A stretch of 64,000 bases of DNA from assembly GCA_963809405.1 (NCBI GenBank), contig CAWEJN010000002.1:795175-859174 (forward strand), in the 5' to 3' direction. Shown piece after piece: positions 35,513 to 44,622 of this stretch (position 1 is the stretch's first letter; the number at the start of each line of letters is the position of its first letter). The translations under genes were made by a program, and so were the position numbers. The notes under the pieces are model-generated. The model saw only the letters and a list, made by a program, of their open reading frames with translations, searched no databases and had not been told where the DNA came from. Source of the DNA: an uncultured Actinomycetes bacterium. GTDB taxonomy: Bacteria; Actinomycetota; Thermoleophilia; Gaiellales; Gaiellaceae.

Positions 35513-37812
35513 CGTACCGCCTTCAGCGCCTTCGAGAGCGACTGCCCGCCCGCGAGAACGGGCGCGAAGAGGTCTCCGTCGCGCGCGACGCGGTCGAGGA
35601 CCGCGTCCATCGTGAACGCCGTGGGATCGAGGCCGGGAACAAGCTCCTCCCAGCGGATGGGCGTGGACACGGAGGCTCCAGCGCGCGGGCGAACGGAGTA
35701 CACCGACGCGTTCGTCGCGCCCTGCCGGTTCTGATTCGCGTCGACGAGCACGCCACGGCGCTTCTGCTTCGACCACTCCGTCGTCACGAGGTCCGGGTGA
35801 GCGCGCTCGAGCGCGCCCGCGACGATCGACGCGAACTCTCGCGCTGCCGGAAACGTCGACCGGCGCGCGATCGGGACGAGGACGTGGATCCCCCGCGAGC
35901 CGGAGGTCTTCGGATAGCCCTCGAGGTCGAGCAGCTCGAGCGTCTCTCTCACCAGCCGCGCGACCTTCACGACGTCTTCGAACGTCGCCCCCTCGGACGG
36001 GTCGAGGTCGAACATGACCCAGTCCGGGCGGTCGGCGTTGTCCACCCGCGACGACCAGGCGTGCAGGTCGATGCAGCCCATGTTCACCATCCACAGGAGC
36101 GCGAGCTCGTCGTCGACGAGCGCGTAGTCGATGATCTTCTTCTCCCCCTCGCGGGTGGACGCCGGGAACGGCGCCCGCTCGATCCACTCGGGCATGTGGG
36201 ACGGCGCCTGCTTCTGGAAGAAGTGCTTTCCCTGCCAGCCGTCGGGATAGCGCTTCATGGTGAACGGTCGTCTGCGCAGATGCGGCACGAGCACCTCCGC
36301 GATCTCGCGGTAGTACGCGACGAGGTCGCCCTTCGTGATGCCCTCGTCGGGCCAGAACGGCTTGTCGAGGTTGCTCAGGCGCAGCTCACGGCGGCCCCTC
36401 TTCACGACGTCGGGGACGGCCGGCCGCTCGCGGCGGACCTCCTCCGCAGGCTTGTCGTCGCGCAGGCCCACGTAGACGGGCGCGCGCAGCCTGCCCTCGC
36501 GCGTCCACTCGACGAACTCGACCTCGGCCACGAGGGTCGGCTCGACCCACACGACGTCGCCGCGGCGGACCCGGGGCATCTTCGGCACCTGTGCGAACGG
36601 CGAGTCCTTGCGCTGGAGCGGGCGCATGAGCTTGAGCAGGCGGTCGATCTCCCTGTCCGAGAAGCCGGAGCCGACGTTTCCCGCCCAGCGGAGCCCGCCC
36701 GCCTCGTGAACGCCCACGACCAGCGCGCCGAAGCCGTAGCTCCGCCGTCCCTGCCCGCGGGTATAGCCGGCGACGACGACCTCCTGGCGAGCGCGCACCT
36801 TGACCTTCCGCCACTCGGTCCCGCGCCTTCCGGAGAGGTACTTCGAGTCCTTGCGCTTCGCGACCACGCCCTCGAGCCCCTCCTCGCTGGCCGCCTCGAG
36901 CAGCGCTTGCCCGTCGTCGAAGCGAGGCGAGACGACGACGCCTCCGACCGACGGGTCGACGACGTCCTCGAGCCGGCGACGGCGCTCCACGAGCGAGAGG
37001 TCGACGAGCGACTCGGAATCGATCTCGAGCACGTCGAAAAGGACGAGCACGAGGGTTCCCGAGCCGTGCTGGAGGAGCCCGAAGCGCGAGTTCCCCCTGG
37101 CGTCGAGTGCGCAGATCTCGCCATCGAGGACAGCATCCGCCGTGCGGAGGGCGAGCTTTGCCGCCCGCGCTGCCGGCGCGAAGCGCTCGGTGAGGTCGTT
37201 CCCGTTGCGGCTCATGAGGGTGACCTCCGCGCCCGCGACGGTGACGAGCGCCCGGAAGCCGTCCCACTTCGGCTCGTACACCCAGTCCGGCCCGACCGGC
37301 AGTGACTCGGCCGCGGACGCGAACATCGGCGCATAGGGACGACCGTCGCCTCCCGCGGCGTCCTTGCGCAGAAGGAGCCAGTTCTTCGGATCGCCGTCGA
37401 GCCGCGCCGGCACGAGCGTCCAGGTGCCGTCGAGCCGCTCCCCGTAGAGCCGCACCGTGAGACCGCCGTTTCGCTTCTCCTCGAGGAGGTCGTACGTGCC
37501 GCGATCCCAGATCTCGACCGTCCCCGCCCCGTACTCGCCCGCAGGGATCGTCCCCTCGAAGTCGGCGTAGTCGAGCGGATGGTCCTCGACGTGCACCGCC
37601 AGGTGTCGCTCGCCACGGCGCAATGGCACGCCCTTCGGCACCGCCCAGCTCGCGAGCGCACCGTTCCGCTCGAGGCGGAAGTCGTAGTGGAGCCGCCGTG
37701 CAGCGTGGCGCTGGATCACGAACCGCGGGCGCGCGTCACCAGTGGCCGCGTCGCCGAAAGGCTCCGGCGTGCGGCCGCGTCGCCGCTTCCGTTCGTACTC
37801 GCCGAGGCTCAC
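35509..37812 (-). CDS. ligD: multidomain ATP-dependent DNA ligase LigD (phosphoesterase - ligase - polymerase/primase)
   Basis: 767 aa. N-terminal PE domain (FVIQRHAARRLHYDFRLE, WAVPKG). Ligase adenylation motif YEPKWDGFRA. C-terminal LigD-Pol domain (TKGDLVAYY, FTMKRYPDG, FFQK, MVNMGCIDLH, FDLDP, KTSGSRGIHV). Confidence 0.9.
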   Translation of the reverse strand: MSLGEYERKRRRGRTPEPFGDAATGDARPRFVIQRHAARRLHYDFRLERNGALASWAVPKGVPLRRGERHLAVHVEDHPLDYADFEGTIPAGEYGAGTVEIWDRGTYDLLEEKRNGGLTVRLYGERLDGTWTLVPARLDGDPKNWLLLRKDAAGGDGRPYAPMFASAAESLPVGPDWVYEPKWDGFRALVTVAGAEVTLMSRNGNDLTERFAPAARAAKLALRTADAVLDGEICALDARGNSRFGLLQHGSGTLVLVLFDVLEIDSESLVDLSLVERRRRLEDVVDPSVGGVVVSPRFDDGQALLEAASEEGLEGVVAKRKDSKYLSGRRGTEWRKVKVRARQEVVVAGYTRGQGRRSYGFGALVVGVHEAGGLRWAGNVGSGFSDREIDRLLKLMRPLQRKDSPFAQVPKMPRVRRGDVVWVEPTLVAEVEFVEWTREGRLRAPVYVGLRDDKPAEEVRRERPAVPDVVKRGRRELRLSNLDKPFWPDEGITKGDLVAYYREIAEVLVPHLRRRPFTMKRYPDGWQGKHFFQKQAPSHMPEWIERAPFPASTREGEKKIIDYALVDDELALLWMVNMGCIDLHAWSSRVDNADRPDWVMFDLDPSEGATFEDVVKVARLVRETLELLDLEGYPKTSGSRGIHVLVPIARRSTFPAAREFASIVAGALERAHPDLVTTEWSKQKRRGVLVDANQNRQGATNASVYSVRPRAGASVSTPIRWEELVPGLDPTAFTMDAVLDRVARDGDLFAPVLAGGQSLSKALKAVR

Positions 37813-37929
37813 CTGTGGATTGTCGCCAGCATCGCAACGCTTTCTTTACCAACTGGCTGCAGATTCGAAAATCTCCCTGCTCAGACCCGGTTCCGGGGCA
37901 GGGGATAAGCCTGTGGAACCTGTGGATAG
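37813..37929. promoter_or_regulatory. three co-oriented DnaA-box-like CCTGTGGA(T/A) repeats in the accA-ligD spacer
   Basis: Plus strand CCTGTGGATTG (37813-37823, abutting the ligD GTG) and the adjacent pair CCTGTGGAACCTGTGGATAG (37910-37929). The reverse complements read AATCCACAGG, GTTCCACAGG and TATCCACAGG. Compare TTATCCACA and the boxes next to dnaA in this window. Confidence 0.45.
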
Positions 37930-37942
37930 CTGCGTTCGACCC

Positions 37943-38881
37943 TCAGGCGTGCGCGAGGACGCCCATCGCGCGGTACTTCGCCCGCCGTGCGCGCCGGCGC
38001 TCCTCCGGCTCGAGCGAGTCGATCTCCGCGAGGGCAGCGAGAATCGACTCCTCGAGGAGCCGCGCCGCCTCGTCGGGATCGGTATGTGCTCCCTCCTCGG
38101 GCTCGGGAACGACCACGTCCACGACCCCCAGCTCCAGGCAGTGCGCGGCATCGGGCTTGAACGCGGCTGCAGCCTTGCGCGCCTCTCCCGCATCGCGCCA
38201 GAGGATCGCAGCACAGCCCTCGGGGGAGATGACGGAGTAGATCGCGTGCTCCTGCATCAGCACGCGATCGGCTACCGCGATGGCGACCGCGCCGCCCGAT
38301 CCGCCCTCGCCGATCACGCAGGCGACGGTGGGGATCGAGAGCCGCACCATCGCTGCCTGCGACCGGGCGATCGCGCCGCCCTGACCGTGCTGCTCTGCGG
38401 CCACCCCGGGGTAGGCACCGGGCGTGTCGATCATCGTCACGAGCGGGAAGCCGTGGCGGTCGGCGAGCGTCATCGCGCGGATGGCCTTCCGGTACCCCTC
38501 CGGAAAGGCCATGCCGAAGTTGCGCGCGGTCCGTTCCTTGAGATCCCGGCCCTTCTGGTGCCCGACGAGGACGACGCTCCGCCCGTCGAGCTTCCCGATG
38601 CCCGTCACGAGGGCGTGGTCGTCGGCGCGACCGCGATCGCCGTGGAGCTCGAAGAAGTCGTCGAAGATCCGGTCGACGTAGTCGAGGGTGTACGGCCGGT
38701 CCTGGTGGCGGGCGAGCTCGACCGAGCGCCAGATCTCCTCGGCCGTCGGCTCCTCCCGGATCCGGTCGAGTTGCTCCTGGAGGCGCCCGAGCTCACCGGT
38801 CACCTTGGTGCCGCGCAGGAGCTTCATGCCGCCGAGCTTACTAAGCCGCTCGCGCAGCCGAATCTCCGCGTCGCTCGCCAC
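37943..38881 (-). CDS. accA: acetyl-CoA carboxylase carboxyltransferase subunit alpha
   Basis: 312 aa. Contains RPYTLDY, MIDTPGAYPG, AEQHGQGGAIA, IGEGGSGGA and SVISPEGCAAILW. Confidence 0.9.
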   Translation of the reverse strand: MASDAEIRLRERLSKLGGMKLLRGTKVTGELGRLQEQLDRIREEPTAEEIWRSVELARHQDRPYTLDYVDRIFDDFFELHGDRGRADDHALVTGIGKLDGRSVVLVGHQKGRDLKERTARNFGMAFPEGYRKAIRAMTLADRHGFPLVTMIDTPGAYPGVAAEQHGQGGAIARSQAAMVRLSIPTVACVIGEGGSGGAVAIAVADRVLMQEHAIYSVISPEGCAAILWRDAGEARKAAAAFKPDAAHCLELGVVDVVVPEPEEGAHTDPDEAARLLEESILAALAEIDSLEPEERRRARRAKYRAMGVLAHA

Positions 38882-39733
38882 CTACGCCGGCCCGAAGAGA
38901 CGCAGGAGCTTCGCGAGGGTGGCCCGGAGCTCCCCCCGCGGCACGATCGCGTCGAGGTGGCCAAACCTGAAGTTCGACTCGGCGAGGCCGAAGTCGTCCG
39001 GAAGCTTCTCGCGCGTCGTCTGCGCGACGACCCGGGGCCCGGCGAACGACATGAGCGCTCCGGGCTCCGCGAGCACGACGTCGCCGAGGCTGGCGAAGCT
39101 CGCGAGGACTCCGCCCGTCGTCGGATGGGTGAGGACGGAGACCAGCGAACCACCGGCCTCGTGCAGCTCCTCGATGGCGCAGACCGTCTTCGGGAGCTGC
39201 ATGAGCGCGAGGATCCCCTCCTGCATGCGGGCGCCGCCCGAGGCGGAGATCGACACCAGCGGAACTCCCGCCTCCGCCGCGCTGTCGCACGCGAGCCCGA
39301 ACTTCTCGCCGACGACGCTCCCCATCGATCCGCCCATGAACGAGAAGTCCATGACCGCGAGGCGGCACTCCTGGCCCTCGATCTCCGCGCTGCCGATCAC
39401 CATCGCGTCGCCGAGCCCCGTCGCGATCTCGGCCTCGGCGAGCCGCTCCGTGTACGGGCGGAGATCGAAGAACTCGAGGATGTCCGCCGACCGCAACTCG
39501 GTGCCGTCCTCGGAGAACGAGCCTGGATCGGCGACCTGCTCGATGCGCTCGCGCGCACGGACCGGGAAGTGGTGGCCACACTGCGGGCACACGCGCAAAG
39601 TCGCGGACAGCTCGTCGTCCCGGTAATGGGAGCCGCACCCGGGACAGGTGTTCGGATGGGATTCGTTCGTCGACACGTCCGCTGCCTGCTTGCTCTCGAT
39701 CTCGACGTCGACGCGACCCGGGCCGGAGGACAT
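38882..39733 (-). CDS. accD: acetyl-CoA carboxylase carboxyltransferase subunit beta
   Basis: 283 aa. N-terminal Zn ribbon CPGCGSH...CPQCGHH. Contains FSFMGGSMGSVVGEK and SGGARMQEG. The stop directly abuts the accA GTG. Confidence 0.9.
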   Translation of the reverse strand: MSSGPGRVDVEIESKQAADVSTNESHPNTCPGCGSHYRDDELSATLRVCPQCGHHFPVRARERIEQVADPGSFSEDGTELRSADILEFFDLRPYTERLAEAEIATGLGDAMVIGSAEIEGQECRLAVMDFSFMGGSMGSVVGEKFGLACDSAAEAGVPLVSISASGGARMQEGILALMQLPKTVCAIEELHEAGGSLVSVLTHPTTGGVLASFASLGDVVLAEPGALMSFAGPRVVAQTTREKLPDDFGLAESNFRFGHLDAIVPRGELRATLAKLLRLFGPA

Positions 39734-39757
39734 GGCTGGGATCTTAGAGCCCGCGCT

Positions 39758-40525
39758 TCAGAGACCTGCGGCGGCGAGCAGCCGGGTCACGACCGCTGCG
39801 TTCCCTGGGTCCGGGACGAGAGTCGTGACGCCGATGCCCGCGAGCGGAGCTCGCCTGGCGATGTCGTCGAGAACACCCTCGACGTCGGCGACCCCCGGAC
39901 CGCCCGGCTCCGGCATGAAGCACGCGATCTCCCCCGGCGCGAGCACGTCCACGTCGAGCGCGACGTAGACGGCGTCGACATCGACGAGAGCGCGCTCGAC
40001 GGAGTCGTCGATGCCGGTCTCGGACAGGTATTCGACCTCGCTTAGATCGAGGTTCCGCGCACCGACGAGCGCGACGTCGGCCGGCTGCACCAGCCCGGCG
40101 TCGAGGAGCATCCGCAGCGGCATTCCCCAGAGATTCCCCGACGGCGAAGTCTCCGGCGTATTGAGATCGCCGTGCGCGTCGAGCCAGATCACGGCAAGCC
40201 GTCCTCCACGCGCCGCCAGGCCGGTGACGGCGCCGACGTGCGCGCAGCAGCACCCGCCCAGGACGAGGGGGCGCTCCGGCAGCACCGCGGCGAGCTTCGC
40301 GGTCTGCTCGTCCAGGCTCTCCTCCTCGACAACCGCCGTCTCCGGGTACGGCAGCTCGAGCGCCGCCGCCTCGGCCATCGCATCGCCGCCATCACCCCAC
40401 GCACGCGGGACACGAACGAGCCCCGCGGCGAACGACCTCCCGCAGCGATGGCACTCGTACCCGGAGCCGAGCGCGACAGCGGTGAAGGTCCGGCAGTCGG
40501 GACAGCGCGCGCGGAGCGAGCTCAC
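39758..40525 (-). CDS. divergent arginase/ureohydrolase-fold protein with N-terminal CxxC...CxxC zinc-ribbon
   Basis: 255 aa. N-terminus CPDCRT..(11)..CHRCGR. Fold motifs WLDAHGDLNTPETSPSGNLWG and ALDVDVLAP are present. GGDHS is replaced by GGCCCAH, and GNLHG by GNLWG. GTG overlaps the upstream stop (GTGA). Confidence 0.7.
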   Translation of the reverse strand: MSSLRARCPDCRTFTAVALGSGYECHRCGRSFAAGLVRVPRAWGDGGDAMAEAAALELPYPETAVVEEESLDEQTAKLAAVLPERPLVLGGCCCAHVGAVTGLAARGGRLAVIWLDAHGDLNTPETSPSGNLWGMPLRMLLDAGLVQPADVALVGARNLDLSEVEYLSETGIDDSVERALVDVDAVYVALDVDVLAPGEIACFMPEPGGPGVADVEGVLDDIARRAPLAGIGVTTLVPDPGNAAVVTRLLAAAGL

Positions 40526-41187
40526 GCGACGAGCTCGTCGAGCGCATCCGCGAGCCCGGCCAGATCGGGGAGCGTCCGCGCAGGACGCGGGTCGTCCGGC
40601 TCGTCTCGCCGGTTGATCCAGATCGAGGGGAGCCCGAGCTCCGAGGCCGGCACGATGTCGTGATAGACGCTCTGCGCGACGTGGACGTGTCTCTCCGGGT
40701 CGGCGCCGGTCGTCTCGCGGAACACCTCCCAGTGCCGGTGCGCCGGCTTGTACGAGCCGATCTCACCGGCGACGACCGCGAGCTCGAACGGCACGCCGAT
40801 CGAGGACATCGAGGCATCGATGAGGTCGCGGTCGGTGTTCGAGAGGATCGCGAGCTTCCACCCCCGGTTCCTTGCCTCCTCGAGCCCGGGCGGCACGTCC
40901 GGGAAGACCGGCCAGTCCGGCAGCGAGCGGGCGAGCGCGCGGGACTCGCCCTCCGGGAGAGCGACGCCCTCCTCCTGCGAGAGCCGCTCGAGAGCAAGCG
41001 TGAGCACTTCTCTGTACGACGTCTCGGGGGTTTCCGCCTGGATCTCGGGTTCGAGCTCGTGGTAGCGCTCGAGGAGCCGGTCACGGTGCTCGACGCCGAA
41101 GAGACTCTCGAGCTCGGCGCCGATCCCGCCGTTCCAGTCGACGAGCGTCCCGTAGCAGTCGAACGTCGCCCAGCGCTCGCTCATCAC
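40522..41187 (-). CDS. HAD-superfamily hydrolase (haloacid dehalogenase type II-like)
   Basis: Motif I FDCYGTLVD, motif II SNTD, and KP ... later acidic motif. Start at GTG 41187 or ATG 41184. Confidence 0.8.
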   Translation of the reverse strand: MMSERWATFDCYGTLVDWNGGIGAELESLFGVEHRDRLLERYHELEPEIQAETPETSYREVLTLALERLSQEEGVALPEGESRALARSLPDWPVFPDVPPGLEEARNRGWKLAILSNTDRDLIDASMSSIGVPFELAVVAGEIGSYKPAHRHWEVFRETTGADPERHVHVAQSVYHDIVPASELGLPSIWINRRDEPDDPRPARTLPDLAGLADALDELVA

Positions 41188-41206
41188 GGCAGCCTAGTCT
41201 CTCGCG

Positions 41207-41683
41207 ATGGCGCTGATCAGACCGCTCATGCCGAGCGATTGGCCGGCGGTCGAGGCGATCTACACGGAGGGGATCGCGTCCGGCCTCGCGACGTTCGAGA
41301 CCGAGCCGCCGACCTGGGAGTCCTTCGACGCCGACCATTTCGACGGCCACCGCCTCGTGGCCGAGGACGACGGCGACATTGTCGGCTGGGTGGTCCTGTC
41401 CGCCACCTCACAGCGCCCGTGCTATGCGGGCGTCGTCGAAAGCTCCGTCTACGTGGCCACCCGCGCCCACGGCCGCGGCGTCGGGCGCGCGTTGATGGAC
41501 GAGCTGATCGAGACCGCGAGACGCGACGGGATCTGGACGATCCAGGCCGCGATGTTCCCGGAGAACGAAGCGAGCCTCGCGCTCCACGAGCGCCTCGGCT
41601 TCCGCCTCGTCGGGCGCCGGGAGCGGATCGCGCAGCTCGACGGCGTCTGGCGGGACACCGTGCTGCTCGAGCTCAGGCTCTGA
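41207..41683 (+). CDS. GNAT N-acetyltransferase (phosphinothricin-acetyltransferase-like)
   Basis: 158 aa. Contains ATFETEPP, VESSVYV, RGRGVGRALM and NEASLALHERLGF. Confidence 0.8.
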   Translation: MALIRPLMPSDWPAVEAIYTEGIASGLATFETEPPTWESFDADHFDGHRLVAEDDGDIVGWVVLSATSQRPCYAGVVESSVYVATRAHGRGVGRALMDELIETARRDGIWTIQAAMFPENEASLALHERLGFRLVGRRERIAQLDGVWRDTVLLELRL

Positions 41684-41695
41684 GCCCTCGCGGCG

Positions 41696-42961
41696 TCAGT
41701 CGTGGTTCCAGCGCCGGAAGACCACGCATGCGTTGTGACCACCGAAGCCGAACGAGTTGGACACCGCCACCTCGACCTGCTGCGGCCGCGCCTCGTTCGG
41801 GATGTAGTCGAGGTCGCACAGCGGGTCGCGCGTCTCGTAATTGATCGTCGGCGGCAACACACCGCGCTCGAGCGCGAGCACGGAGAAGATCGCCTCGACG
41901 GCGCCCGCTGCGCCGAGGCAATGCCCCGTTGCTCCTTTCGTCGAGGAGACGGGCGTGCGGGCCGCGTGCTCCTCTCCGAGCGCGATCTTGAGCACCCGAG
42001 TCTCCGCTGGGTCGCCGACGGGCGTCGAGGTTCCGTGCGCGTTGACGTAGCCGACCGCCTCCGGCTCGACGCCCGCGTCCGCCAACGCCATCCGCATCGC
42101 GCGTGCAGGGTTGACTCCCGACGGGTCAGGCTCGGTGACGTGAGCGGCGTCCGACGAGGTGCCGTAGCCGAGAACCTCGGCGTAGATCTTTGCGCCGCGC
42201 CGCTCGGCATGCTCGAGCTCCTCGAGCACGAGCATCGCCCCGGCCTCACCCATGACGAAGCCGTCGCGATCGGCGTCGAACGGCCGGGAGCCACGCTTCG
42301 GATCGTCGTTTCGTTGCGAGAGCGCGCGCATCGCGCTGAACCCGGCGATGCCGACCCTGGTGACCGGCGCCTCGGTGCCGCCGCAGAGCATCACGTCCGC
42401 GCGGTCGAGCCGGATCGCGTCGAGACCGTCTCCGATCGCCATGTTCGAGGCGGCGCAGGCCGTCGTCTCGGTCGCGAGCGGGCCCTGCGTCCCGAGCTCC
42501 ATCGACACCCAGGCGGCGGCCATGTTCGGGATGATCTGGATGATCGAGAACGGGCTCGTCCGGTCCGGGCCGCGCTCGAGCAGACTCTGGAAGCAGTCCT
42601 CGAAGGCACCGAGGCCGCCGATGCCGGTGGCAACGGCCGCGCCGACCCGGTCCGACTCCTCCGCGATCGCGAGGCCGCTATCCCGCTCGGCCATGCGCGC
42701 CGCGGAGAGGGCCATCTGCGAGAAACGGTCCATGCGCCGCGCCTGCTTGCGCTCGATCCAGGTCGTCGGGTCGAAGTCCTTCAGCTCGCAGGCGAACCGC
42801 ACGGAGTAGCCGGTCGTGTCGAACTGCGTGATCGGCCCGGCGCCCGACTCTCCCGCGACGAGGTTCTCCCAGCTCGTGTCGACGTCGTTGCCGAGGGGCG
42901 TGACCATGCCGACGCCGGTGATCACCACCCGCCGCTTCCCGTTGAGTGTCGCGTCGCTCAT
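41696..42961 (-). CDS. fabF: 3-oxoacyl-ACP synthase II
   Basis: 421 aa. Contains VVITGVGMVTPLG, active-site TACAAS, NAHGTSTPVGD and NSFGFGGHN. Confidence 0.93.
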   Translation of the reverse strand: MSDATLNGKRRVVITGVGMVTPLGNDVDTSWENLVAGESGAGPITQFDTTGYSVRFACELKDFDPTTWIERKQARRMDRFSQMALSAARMAERDSGLAIAEESDRVGAAVATGIGGLGAFEDCFQSLLERGPDRTSPFSIIQIIPNMAAAWVSMELGTQGPLATETTACAASNMAIGDGLDAIRLDRADVMLCGGTEAPVTRVGIAGFSAMRALSQRNDDPKRGSRPFDADRDGFVMGEAGAMLVLEELEHAERRGAKIYAEVLGYGTSSDAAHVTEPDPSGVNPARAMRMALADAGVEPEAVGYVNAHGTSTPVGDPAETRVLKIALGEEHAARTPVSSTKGATGHCLGAAGAVEAIFSVLALERGVLPPTINYETRDPLCDLDYIPNEARPQQVEVAVSNSFGFGGHNACVVFRRWNHD

Positions 42962-42967
42962 TCTCTT

Positions 42968-43702
42968 CTACATCCCGAGCCCGCCGTCGACGAGAAGCAC
43001 CGCGCCCGTCACGAACGAGGCCTCCTCGGAGCACAGGAACCGTACCGCCCCCGCGACGTCCTCCGGATCGCCGAGCCTCCCCAGCGGCGTGTTGTCCAGC
43101 ATCGTGGCGGTTGCGTCCTCCGGGAGCACGTCCGTGAGCCGGGACTTGACGTACCCGGGCACGACGACGTTCGCGCGGACGCTTCGACTCCCGAGCTCGC
43201 GAGCGAGCGCCTTCGTGAAGCCGATGATCCCCGCCTTCGACGCGGCGTAGTTCGTCTGACCCCAGTTTCCGTGGATGCCGACGATCGAGGAGATGTTCAC
43301 GATCGCTCCTGCGCGACGCTTCATCATCCCGCGCACCGCCGCACGACACGTGAAGAAGCACGACGCGAGGTTGGTGTCGATCACGGTCTGCCAGTCGTCG
43401 TCGGACATCCGCACCAGGAGGCCGTCACGCGTGACACCCGCGTTGTTGACGAGGATCTCGACGTCGCCCGCCTCCTCGACCAGCGCTTGTGCCGAAGCCG
43501 CGTCCGACACGTCCGCCTGGATCGCACGGCCGCCGATCTCCCCGACGAGCACGTTCGCCTCGTCGGCGCCGGTGTTGTACGAGAAGACGACCGAAGCGCC
43601 GGCCGACGCGAGCTCGACCGCGATCGCGCGGCCGATGCCGCGCGAAGCTCCGGTAACGAGTGCCGTCTTCCCTTCGAGGGAGCAGAAGGCGGCGGAGCTC
43701 AC
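42968..43702 (-). CDS. fabG: 3-oxoacyl-ACP reductase
   Basis: GTG 43702 overlaps the fabD stop (GTGA). Contains ALVTGASRGIGRAIA, NNAG and YAASKAG. Confidence 0.9.
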   Translation of the reverse strand: MSSAAFCSLEGKTALVTGASRGIGRAIAVELASAGASVVFSYNTGADEANVLVGEIGGRAIQADVSDAASAQALVEEAGDVEILVNNAGVTRDGLLVRMSDDDWQTVIDTNLASCFFTCRAAVRGMMKRRAGAIVNISSIVGIHGNWGQTNYAASKAGIIGFTKALARELGSRSVRANVVVPGYVKSRLTDVLPEDATATMLDNTPLGRLGDPEDVAGAVRFLCSEEASFVTGAVLLVDGGLGM

Positions 43703-44622
43703 TGCGTGAGTGACTCCTGGGCCCGCTCCAGGCTCTCCAACGTGTTGACCGAGATCGTCTTCACGCCGCGGTCGATCCGCTTGACGAGACCGGACAGCAC
43801 GCTCCCAGGGCCGACCTCGACGAACGTCGTCGCGCCGCTCCGGATGAGCTCGGTGGCGGCCTGGGTGAAGCGAACGGGCGCGGTGAGCTGGTCGACGAGC
43901 AGCGTGGCGAGCTCCTTCGCGGGCTCCACCTTGGCGGTGACCGTGGACATGAACGGCGACAGCGGCTCGCCGAAGCGCACCCGCTCGATCGCCGGCCGAA
44001 GCCGGTCGGCCGCCTTCGCGACGAGCGGGCTGTGGAACGCGCCCGAGACCTTGAGCCGCACGGCTCGTCGAGCGCCGAGGCTTTCCGCCTCGGCGCAACA
44101 CTCCTCCACAGCGTCGTGCTCACCGGAGATCACGATCTGACCGGGGCAGTTGTAGTTCGCCGGCCACACGCCGACGATCTTGCGGCAGAGCTTTTCGACC
44201 TCCTCGTCGGCGAGACCGAGGATCGCAGCCATCGTGCCGGGGCGCTGCCGCGCCGCCTCCGCCATCGCGAGCCCGCGCTCGCGGACGAGGCCAATCGCCT
44301 CACCCGTGCCGATCGCGCCGGCGGCAGCCAGAGCGGCGAACTCCCCGACCGAGTGCCCGACCACGATGTCCGGCTCCAGACCGCGCTCACGGAGCGCGGC
44401 GAGGATCGCAAGGCTCGTGGCGACGAGCGCCGGCTGCTGCACCTCGGTGTCGACGAGCTCCTCGAGTGGGGTGTCGAAGCACAGACGCTCGAGATCGAGG
44501 CCGGACGCCTCCGAGCCCACGCGGTACACCTCGCGCGCGGACGCGAACGCTCCGGCGATCTCCTTTCCCATCCCGGCCTCGAGCGACCCCTGGCCGGGAA
44601 AGCAGAAAGCAACCTTGGTCAT
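43699..44622 (-). CDS. fabD: malonyl-CoA:ACP transacylase
   Basis: ATG 44622 overlaps the fabH stop (ATGA). Contains FPGQGS and GHSVGEFAA. Confidence 0.9.
   Translation of the reverse strand: MTKVAFCFPGQGSLEAGMGKEIAGAFASAREVYRVGSEASGLDLERLCFDTPLEELVDTEVQQPALVATSLAILAALRERGLEPDIVVGHSVGEFAALAAAGAIGTGEAIGLVRERGLAMAEAARQRPGTMAAILGLADEEVEKLCRKIVGVWPANYNCPGQIVISGEHDAVEECCAEAESLGARRAVRLKVSGAFHSPLVAKAADRLRPAIERVRFGEPLSPFMSTVTAKVEPAKELATLLVDQLTAPVRFTQAATELIRSGATTFVEVGPGSVLSGLVKRIDRGVKTISVNTLESLERAQESLTQ

Noticed and set aside
34135-37305. 1056-aa plus-strand ORF, plus similar giant ORFs at 14174-16558, 37742-40045, 41702-44140, 44859-47117, 26464-28116 and 106-828
   Set aside because: These are typical high-GC antisense or off-frame shadow ORFs with low-complexity R/P/G/A/D composition. 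Each overlaps a gene with strong family motifs on the other strand or frame.
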